From Eledone cirrhosa (lineage: Eukaryota), in the NCBI GenBank assembly GCA_964016885.1, contig OZ024741.1:154132001-154196000 (forward strand): 64,000 nucleotides of DNA, in the 5' to 3' direction. Of this stretch, positions 53,918-64,000 are shown piece after piece. The translations under genes were made by a program, and so were the position numbers. The number at the start of each line of letters is the position of its first letter. Positions within the stretch are counted from its first letter, which is position 1. The notes beneath the pieces are model-generated. The model saw only the letters and a program-made list of their open reading frames with translations, was not told the DNA's origin and searched no databases.

Positions 53918-54262
53918 ACCATCATCTCTTATGTTAAGATCGATCTTGAATATCAAGAATGGTCATGTCTGAAAACGATTTTTGCTGACAACAGTTTAGC
54001 CAATGTGAAGCAATTAGTGTTTGAAATCCATACTGTAGTACCAGGAAAACACAGCATCATCCGTCCATCAAAGTATGATTATATTGAAATGTATAAGACA
54101 CTGTCTCTTCTTCTTCCATTGAACTTTCTCAAGTTTGACTACAGACGTAACCCATTTGGTGAATATTCATCTCCTGTCTCCAAAAAGCAGCGTTCTTATG
54201 CTTATGAACTATACTATATGAACACCAAATACACAAAGGAAGACTATGACGCTCAAGTTTGA
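53918..54262 (+). CDS. METTL24: METTL24-like terminal exon F (TIISYVKIDLEYQEW..VKQLVFEIH..YELYYMN..DAQV*)
   Basis: Acceptor ttttacag, phase 0; KIDxEx(x)EW, KQLxxEIH and YELxxxN family motifs; TGA stop. Confidence 0.92.
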   Translation, partial: TIISYVKIDLEYQEWSCLKTIFADNSLANVKQLVFEIHTVVPGKHSIIRPSKYDYIEMYKTLSLLLPLNFLKFDYRRNPFGEYSSPVSKKQRSYAYELYYMNTKYTKEDYDAQV

Positions 54263-54649
54263 GAATTTATATATAATCTTATCAAATCTTTCAACATGCT
54301 TTTTGTTCATGTTGTTATTATTGAGGCTCTTTAAACAAACTGAAATTATTTCCAACCTGACTTAAAAAGAACCACAACTAAATTGTTGTGTATGAAATTT
54401 AGTATTTCAAATAATTACAGTTATTAACACTGGTGGGGGCAGTCTCCCCCCCCCCCTCCTCCTCCTCCTATTAATAATAATAATAATTTCAGCCAGCTTA
54501 CATAGTTTATGATCTGAGAAAAGCCTCAATAATCACAATTATACACCTCTCACAAAATCTCAGGCTCCATGCCAACATTACTTTTAACATTTATTAACAT
54601 TTAATATTACTGCAAAAAAAAATTTTTTTTTTCTGTTTTAACTCTAGCA

Positions 54650-57600
54650 ATCTGTTACTAGAAATGTCAATTGGCCTCAGATCAGTCCCTGATCTCAGAG
54701 GGTCAATATATCATGCAGGATACTGGCTGCTAGTGATTGTAGAAATTTGGGCAATGCCTATGAAGTCGGATCCCAAGGCTTTTGAAGAATGACATAAGGC
54801 ATTTAGGGTCCAAGTTATCCAGTAATGATTGGCACAACTTCTGTCTCTACATGGTGTTCAGTTCTAATAGTGCCTGCAAGGTCTGAATATTTATTAATAT
54901 TTTCTATTTCCTTTTCAGTTACATTGTGGTCTTGAGGGACCGCAATATCAGTTAGAGTCCATTTTGGGAGGGTTATTTGTTTTTACAACGATATCAAGAC
55001 AGTTGTGTTGGACTTTGTTTGTGGTCTTGATCTCAAGGTCCTGAAATATTCCTTCAATTGTTGGGCAGAATTCAAGAGTAGTATGTTTGTACCACTGACA
55101 TTGTGTTTTGATGTATTTTTTGTACAACTCCCAATGGACTCTTTTCACTATAAGGTCATGCTGGATTTTGTAACGTTTTTGCTAATTGCTCACATCCACT
55201 AGTAATATGTGCCACAGATTCGTCTTCTTTATGTCATACTCTGCAAAGTGGGCAGGAATTTTGTCCATCGATGTTAGCTTTCATCCAAATGGTTCTGAGT
55301 GCCTGGTCTTGTGTGGCAGTAATAAAAGCACCAGTGATTTTTTAACCCAACCTGACTTAAGCCAAACCCAAGACCTAGTATCAGCTATGTCTTTAATGGC
55401 AGCTGGAAATTTGCCATGAAGAGCCTTTTCTTTCCAAGCCTGTTCTTGTTTCTCTCTAAAGGCTTTGTTGTATGCTTTTTTACCTTGACTTTCTGTTATA
55501 AAGTCTTCCTTCAGAACATCTCAGAGTAGTGGTTCTTCAGTTAATGATAGATAGTCCCACAAGCTGTTGCACACACTGTACACACATTGCACAACCAAAA
55601 TTAAACCTCTCCCATTGTCCTTCCTCTTAATATTTACCCTTGGGTGTAAGCACCCATTGCATGTTAAGATCTTGTGTGTGCATTTATCAATTCTTTCAAG
55701 GTCTTGTTTCATCCAGTCAACTATTCCAGCACTATACCTCACTACTCCCAAAGCCCATTGTTTTATTCCAGATGTTACATTTCCTGCATATGGTTTTAAC
55801 TTGGGCAGTTGTCTCACTCTCCTGATGTACACCTTTTCAATCTTTTCCTTCATTTTGTCTGTTCTGACTCCTTCAATACGCCCAACCTGTTTCTTCAATT
55901 TGTGACATTCTTTCACCATCAGGCATTTCAATATCATCGATCTCAACCAATTTGTCTTTTTGCATTGACTATATTTTGCACTTGTCTAAACCAAACTTGA
56001 TGCATATGTCATCAAATACAATCTTCAGTATTGCCATATAACTTTAAATCATCCATGAACAATAGATGGTTTATAGGCATGGACTCTTTTGACATGTACT
56101 GTCCACAATTTGTTTCTCTAAGAACAAGAGTAAGGAGAATCAGTATAATAATAAACAACAAAGGGGATAATGAGTCCCCTTGGAAAATACCCTGACTGAT
56201 GCAAACCTCTCCTAGATCTTCATTACCAGATGACAATTCTGTTCTCCATTGTTCCATGTTATTGAACAACATTTCTTTGATGTTATCTGCTACACTTACA
56301 ATTCAAGGGCTTCCTTTAATCAAGAGTGAGGCACCATGTAAGCTTTTTTGTAATCTATGAAAGCTATTGCCAAGTTATTTTTCATTCTCTTGCAGTTCCT
56401 TAGAATTGCCTTATCAATTAACAATTGGCCCTTTGTTCTCCTGAATCCTCTAAGATACCCTTATGGTTCATTGGGAGGAGGTTTGCATTTTTGAGATGTT
56501 TATATCTCTTGTTCTCGATAATCCCAATCAACAGTTTCCAAATGATTGGAAGGCATGCTATTGGTCAATAATTGGCAGCCACATTTCCCTTCACTTTGTC
56601 CTTCACTATAAGAACTGTTTGACCCTTGGTCATCCAATTTGGGACTTCTCCTAGCTGCAAGTACTTGTTCAATTGTTTGGCTATCTTATCATGCATGTTG
56701 CTCAGTTTCTTGTACTAGAATCCTTGGAAGCTGTCAGGGCCAGGTGTCTTCCAGTTTGTCAAACTGTTTGACATCACTGAAGTAAATACTGATGTTATCT
56801 TGTTTTACATTCTGATTTAGTTGCTGTCATACTCTCTCTGAAGCCACTATGAGAAGAAGGTATTCTCCAAAATTCAGTTGCCTCAACTGAATCAGGAAGC
56901 ACATTCTCCATTTGCAATTACCATCAAATTCAAACTGAGAAGGATTGATTGAAAAAGTTTATTTTGATAGAATTGCTGTTATTGGTTTTCAAAATTCTGA
57001 ATCTTCAGACTGTCACAGTGTATTTTTGTCTTAAGTTGACTGATTGCATCAATATAGCCTACAGCTTCAGGATCATATTTTTTGTTCAAAGTCACTCTTT
57101 CCTGAGAGGTTAGATTATGATTTCCTTTTTTTTTAAATTCTTGCTGAAGACTATGATGTTTCTCTCTGCTCTACATTTCCAGAATAGAGCTTATATTTTC
57201 TTTTATTTGCTCTTTCTTTTTCGGGCTTTAACTCCCAGTCTTTCAGCAACCAATAATACTACATTGATAAGCAGCTTGTGTTTCAGTAATGACGTTGGTT
57301 TTTACGTTATCAATAATGTTGTTGATTCTGTCTCACTTTGATCTTACCAGTGGTAAGTCACCCTGATAGACATCTCTTAACCTTGTTAATAAATTCCTTT
57401 CCTCTGATGTTACCATTTACATTATCAGTGTCTCTCTATTGGTTTGGCTGGATGAAATGACATGGTACTTCGTACTTCCTCAACTCCAATGATGTTTTCT
57501 CTAATAACAAGTGCTTCAAACTCGTCGACCCTCTTCCAGATCTTCTTCGTTTACTTCATTATTCAAAGCCCCAGTGCCTGCTTCTGCATGGACGATGCAA

Positions 57601-57925
57601 CGAATCTCTACTAGTTCTACTTTGGACAGTACTTTTTTGGTTCTGATGTTTCTAACCTGAACAGCCAGCCTTTGAAAATAAAGTTTTCTTATCCCCCTTT
57701 CCATCCACAATTCATGCATCCTTTTTATGTATCGTTTTTTCTGATACGCTACTCCTAACATAACATTCCCATAATACCTTATTCTCAGCCTGGGTCTACT
57801 TAGATTTAGATTTTCCAATTCTACATTGTTTTTTGGGGAACTTCATTACCCCCAGCACCGGGAGTGTTCCTAGGTTAGGGGACTCAGACTGCTTAGCATT
57901 TTCCAGCACCACAATCCCAGTCTAC
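54650..57925 (-). mobile_element. Decayed, near full-length R4/Dong-like RLE non-LTR retrotransposon
   Basis: N-terminal KRMHELW..QRLAVQVRNIR..LSKVEL; RT GIFQGDSLSPLLF and NHLLFMDDLKLY; RYSAGIVDW, LHPR, GRGL; C-terminal DIVV RLE-like region; many stops. Confidence 0.85.
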
Positions 57926-59294
57926 AATTATTGTTATATCTGTGAAAGACAAACCCGTTCTTGGCAGGATTTGAATTTGGAACATAAAGGATTGTACCTA
58001 ATTACTATAAAGCATTTTGTCCGACGCTAATGATTCCACTAATCCTAGAAGCTGTTATCAAGTACTTCATCTATTTTAATTAACAAAGATGAGCAGGAAC
58101 ATGCAATGTTAAAACCTCTCTTCCCAGGTATGTAATGTTATATATGTCAACATCACATTTTTTTATACTTGGTATCTATAATAGCTGATGTCACGTCTGT
58201 AATCCATACAATATTTTGGAAAATGAATGTTAAATTTAATAAGTGTGATAAAATACCATTTGGTTGATAATATGATATTTAAATTTATTATGAATATATT
58301 GAAAGAAAGTAAATATTTAATCTATTTTCCTTGTCATGAGAAGCTGAATATATTTAAATTATTATGAACTCAGAGAGAAAAGAAATATATATCTGTTTTC
58401 ATTGTTATGAGAGGCTGAATATTCTTAAGTTTATTTAGCATTTACCTTTGCACAACTTTATTATGTCCTGTAAGAGAGTTTATACAAAGATTTCAATAAA
58501 TTTAACTGTCAGGATTTGTGTATCCTGTTATTTTTAGAATAGGTCCACTGTATCCTGTGTGTCATAAGAAGAGTTTTGTTTTAGGTACATAAAATGGCAG
58601 AAAGTAAATTAAAGTGAAAGGGAAAAAGTAAAACGACAATAAAATGAAGCATGTAAATCTTATTGTAACCTTAGACAAGATTTTTTGTCTGGAACTCATA
58701 TCTAACTTCCACATCTTATTGAGATAATTTATTGGTGGGCGGTATCAAAATAATTGACAAATAAATTGTTTGGAAATAAAAGTTTCAAAAATAGATTTTT
58801 TATTTTATCAATTAAACCAATTCAAAAATGAAGTTAACGACAAAATAAGTATTTTTCATTATCACTTTAGTTTTTTTCTGCATTTTATATACCTAAAATG
58901 AAAATGCTGCAAAAGTCTCATTCAACATGCCATCATGGAAAAGTGGACGTAAAGACAATGGTGATTTGTATGAATGAGTGAGAAAATTATGTCACGCTGG
59001 TTGTAGACAAGTTGTATGAGCAGGGTTATTTCCTCTGATAATGTCATACATACATACATACATACATATATATATATATATGTGTGTGTATGTATGCCTG
59101 GTGGTCATCGATCTGTCCAATTCGTTTATCTACCGGCATATCAGGAAAAAATGTTTACATTTTCTATATATTTTGTCTGAAGAGAACATGTTTTGTTTTA
59201 TGTTATACATAAAACTTTACATCTTCAAAATATATATGAAATAATAAATAAAATAAATAGAGATGATATAAAGTTTATTACTAATATTATATAT

Positions 59295-59635
59295 ATCATC
59301 ATCATCATCATTTTACGTCCGCTTTTCCTTGCTTGCAAGGGTGGGACGGGAACTGATTCTGGCTTGATTTCTACAGCTGGATGCCCTTCCTAACACCAAC
59401 CTCATTTACAGTGAGTGCTGGGTGCTTTTTTTCTGTGGCGCCTACACGACCACTTTACAGTGGAATGATAGGGACTCCAATCTCTATCATCTCATTTCTA
59501 CAGCTGAGTAAACTGGAGCAATGTGAAATAAAGTGTCTTGCTCAAGGAAACAACACATCACCCGGTCTGAGAATTGAACTCACAACCTTTCGATTGCAAG
59601 GCCAATGTTCTAACCACTAAGCCATGTGCCTCCAC
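59295..59635 (-). mobile_element. tRNA-derived SINE, family B (tRNA head + CORE-like segment + RTE-derived tail); partial copy at about 33105-33295
   Basis: - strand: TGGCTTAGTGGTTAG A-box, GAGTTCAATTC B-box, CCTTGAGCAAGACACTT, then tail matching the RTE 3' UTR and (TGA)n. Confidence 0.85.
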
Positions 59636-62600
59636 ATATATATATATACACAGTAGTAAAAGTTAGGTGGAAATATCCAAGTTTTAGTATAAATAATTAC
59701 AACAGTGACATAAACAGGTACTCAAGATTTGTTGGGTTCTGGGCCCCTGAATAAGTTGGAAACTTGAGTACCTGTTTATGTCATTGTTGTAATTATATAT
59801 ATATAATTCTCTCCAAAGTTAATCCTGAATATGCTCAGATCCTTTTCTTTTTTGTTTTTCTGCTTGATGTTTCATGGAACAACTTTTGTAGATATGGTAT
59901 TTTTGTTAAATTTTATAAACTCTGGTCTTTGTTTTTGAAGTCCTTTCTAAATAAGATCACCCTATCATTGACAATTATCCCATTTTTTTTTTTTTTGTTA
60001 TATGAGACATTTTAAACATGTTGTTGGTAATTTTGTTTAGACTTTGATTCTAATACACTTACTGTATATCTGAAAGTCAGATGTTTCACAGACAATAAAA
60101 TGAAACTGATTGAAACAGCCAAGTCTTATTGGAGTTGTAGGCAAGATTATGTTTCTGGAATTCGTATCTGACTTTCTCACCTTGGGTGCCAATTGACTGT
60201 AAACACTCTTTTGTGGAGAAGCAGGTTAGTATCAGAAAAAAATCACAAATAAATTATTTGGAAAAATTGTTTTCATAAACCTTTCAGTTTATTGATTATA
60301 AAAAAAAAAGATGAAGGTTTACAACGAAGAAGCAGGGACCGTTCATTTTCATCATTTTATTGTCTGCTGTTTCATACACCTAAAGTAAAATACTTGCTTC
60401 AAACCATTGTTGTACATTCACTTAGTCTGTTCAGAATACACTATTATATTATATCATTGTAATACGGTGCCATCACTACATTTCAATAGTACCCCTATTC
60501 TATCATATTCTAATTCCATTCTATCTTTATAACATTCCATAGTAAACAAATCTCACTATTTTATTTTTCTCCTCACTGTTACACATTTATATATGTAAAA
60601 AATTACATTTGAGGGATTTTCAAATTGAGACATATGGAGAGAAGCTGCACTACAAACCCAGTCAACCAATCTTAGCCTATAAAGTCAATAATGATGATGA
60701 TGGCGGTGATGATACTAAGCATCATTATCACCATCTCCTCACCATTTAAAATCTATCTTTTATGCTTGCATTAGTTATTTTTTATTAGTAATGAGTGTTC
60801 AGTCACTCGTTTTTAGCAACAGATACTTAGTAGGAATTTTGTTTTGGGTATTGATGCAGTATAGATAATTCTTAGTTATGGTAGTATATTGGTGAGGTGG
60901 GTAGATGATATAGTCAGGATCTTTTACCATAGATTCTTATGTGTACATCACCTGCTAATGAGAGATGTCTTATGTAGCAGGTGAGATAAGAAGAAATAAT
61001 CTCAGTTTTCAAAGTGTTAATTACTTGCCTGAAGAGAAATGCAAATCTCTTATACATTTATCTGAGGAGGTGTTTTAAATCAGTATTGTATTATTGTATT
61101 ATATTATAAGGCAGTGAATTGGCAGAATTGTTAAGGTATGAAACAACATGCCTGGTAATATTTATTTTGATGCCTTGTAGTATTTGTTCTGACTCTTTGC
61201 AGTCTGAGTTCAAATCCTCCTCTGGCTTATTTGGGTGGTAAACTTAATCATTTACCCAATTTAATACCACCTCCTGATTTGGGCGTCCTTATTGGAGTCC
61301 TCTTTATTGCAAGTATTCTGCCCAGGTCTCCAGTTTAAGGATACCTTTTTTCCTTCTCTCCCACCAGTCTTAGAGCCCCCCCCCCCCCCCCCCCAAGTAA
61401 CATGGGCACAGTAACAGAAATAAGAACCATGAAAATTCAGTTGTCAAACTAACATTCTGACAATTTAGCCACCTGTTACTCTCTAAATCTTGAAGACCAA
61501 TTAGTTATTCACCTGTAATTAATGTTGTTGCCATTCACCTATTATATTATTCCTCTTTACACCTACAGCTCCAATGCTCATAAAATGTAATCTATTGTTT
61601 GTTTTTTTTTTAATCAATAAACAACGAATCCTAAAAGTAATTCTTACAAAATTAGTTGGACATTGTAAATCTTCTATCCATTATTTTCGTGTTTCACCCA
61701 CATCAACAACACATGCACATACACGTTCTTCTTAATGTGTGAAAAGCATTTAAAATCTCTCCAAATATTTTAAAATATTTTAATGAATTTTGAATATTAA
61801 CTTTTTAATAGCAATTGTTAAAGAAATAGACATAAGATGTGATAGAGCTCAGTATGCTATCTTGTTTTGATTCTCGGCTGCAAACATATCTGATAACATA
61901 CCTAGCTAATGCCCTTTAGTGTCACAACATCTCATTTTGAACTCACCTATAGCCTTTTTTCCTGTAATTGTCTCCTACAGAGCTATCTAAACTTTTCTCG
62001 TTGGTGACATACTTTTTAATTTTTTGTGTCACATTAATTTTGTTAGCAACAGAAAATTAATGAAATTAATAAATAACTAATCAAATATTATTATGTGTCA
62101 CCAGTCATGGTCTAATTGTAGCAAAAATGCCAAATTTCAAATATACCTTCAAATATTCGTAAAACATTGATCAGATGGACTTAATTTCTTGATAGACCTA
62201 CAGGTTGCTAGTGACACACTAAAGTGTTTTAATACACATAGAGATTATCAATGGCACAGTAAAGTGTCACGACACACCTACAGATTGCTGGTGACACATC
62301 TAGAAATTATTGGTGATTCATTAAAGTTTAAGGACAGACCTAGAGATTATTGATGAAACACTAAAGTGTCCAAAACAGCTTGGAAACCTCTGTATTAAAA
62401 AAAATAGACATAAGCTCTAAGAGAACCATGTGTGCAAGGTTTTTTTGGGGTTTTTTTTTGTGTTCCAGTTTCAACCATATCTGTTAATTTACTTGGCTAA
62501 TGCCCTTAAAAATGGTCTCACTATCATGCCACCTCATTTTGTACTTACCTATAAATCAAACACTTTTCTTTCAAGTATATTTTATTATGAGATTTGTTGA

Positions 62601-62932
62601 CCAATAGTAAAGTCTGTATTCCAATATTCGATCTAATGGAAACTACTAGTAAAATTGACCACATACAATGTAATTTGAATTTTTGCTAAATTTTCTTTAT
62701 GTCAACACATGATCCTCTCATAATAAGTGGGCAAAGAAGAAAAATTTAACACATAAAAAGACAGAGCTGTTAAACACAAATTGAGCAAAGAATACTTTAT
62801 ATATTGTGTTTTATCTATTTATTCTTACACAAAATATTTTCTCCTACAAAAAAATGGCCTTGACCTGACTCAAAAGAAATCATTGTTATTTTGGTTTATT
62901 TGATCATCATTGTCCTTATTAATATTATTATT

Positions 62933-63390
62933 GGTAGATTGGCTGAGTCATTACAGTGTCGGACAACATGCTTTGCGGTATAGAGTTACGACCCTTTATG
63001 TTCTGAGTTCAAATTCCACCAAGGTTAGCTTTTGCCTTTCATCCTTATGGGGTTGATAAAGTAAAGTACCAGTAATGCACTGAGGTCAATTTAATCGACT
63101 TTCTCCTCCCCTAAAATTGTTGGCTTTGGGCCTATAGTAGAAATCATTATTACTATTATTATTATTAGGGTGGGGGGGTTGGCAGTATCGTTAGAGCATC
63201 GGATAACATGCTGTATGGCATAGGGTTACGGCCCTTTATGATCTGAGTTCAAATCCTGCTGAGGCTAGCTTTGCCTTTCATCTTTATTGGGTCGATAAAA
63301 TAACGTACCAGTAATGCACTGGGGTCGATTTAATCGACTTTCCCATCCCCCCAAAAAATTACTGGCCTTGTGCCTAATGTAGAAATCATT
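62933..63390 (+). mobile_element. Two tandem family-A SINEs
   Basis: Two head-to-tail copies with A/B boxes, core and (ATT)n tails. Confidence 0.85.
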
Positions 63391-63777
63391 ATTATTAACA
63401 CTACAGTCAAAAAGGTGGTTCTCTATTATTAACTTCAATTGAATGACATTGAATAAAAAGAATTTTTTCAATTTATCATTTCAAATTGTATCAGGGTGTA
63501 AAGTCAGCCTTGGTTGAGTGGAGACAGTTTTGTTTTTTAATCTCCCCCTGTAATTGTTTCAGTTTTCCTCTTACAAAAAGAGCCCTGTGTCTATATTGGG
63601 TCACTTAACCTGAAAGAAAGAACAGTAAAATCTCCATCCCTCAAATTACACCTTAAAAACAAAAATTGAATAAATTTGTACATACCCCTAAAAAGTTAGG
63701 ATGGTCTTGGCAGAAGTATCTTAGATCATAGTGCTATTTGATCAGAACTTACCTGAGCCCAAACAACAATGATAGAA

Positions 63778-63900
63778 CTCATCATCATTACCACCACACC
63801 CCTATCATCACCACCATATCATCATCATCATCATCACTATTATCACCACCACTATCATCATCAGCACAAACATCTCTATTATGATCACAACCATTATCGC
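63778..63900. repeat. CAT/CAC trinucleotide low-complexity tract
   Basis: Directly visible. Confidence 0.9.
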
Positions 63901-64000
63901 TACTCTAATTATCCCATATTTAAAAACGAAAGCCATTTTATTGATTGGTCATGATACACCCAGCCATAACTACAACTACTAAATTATAAACATGTTGTCA

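Noticed and set aside
57830-57925. HDV-like ribozyme at the 5' end of the R4/Dong-like element
   Set aside because: Some short stems are present but I could not build the nested double pseudoknot by eye; a descriptor search is needed

Overview
AT-rich, repeat-dense animal genomic DNA; the SINE and LINE families and the long (TA)n tracts suggest a coleoid cephalopod such as an octopus (inference). One host gene can be reconstructed by hand: a METTL24-like (Methyltransf_22/FkbM-type) type II membrane methyltransferase on the + strand, with six frame-compatible coding exons from 42014 to 54262. It carries unusual substitutions in the expected SAM-binding motifs. The most structured element is a 5'-truncated Penelope-like retroelement (probably Naiad/Chlamys clade; RT + Zn-finger + GIY-YIG) at about 7150-12727 on the - strand, embedded in (TA)n. 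It has a 385-bp inverted terminal duplication, and each copy contains a hammerhead ribozyme with an unusually long (116 nt) stem II. Next to it is a near-full-length RTE LINE with a PHD-like finger. The rest consists of decayed CR1/Jockey, CRE, R4/Dong, Tx1 and RTE LINE fragments, tRNA-derived SINEs, MITEs, short palindromes and mini/microsatellites, plus a 200-N assembly gap. Most ORFs in the supplied track are artefacts of simple repeats.
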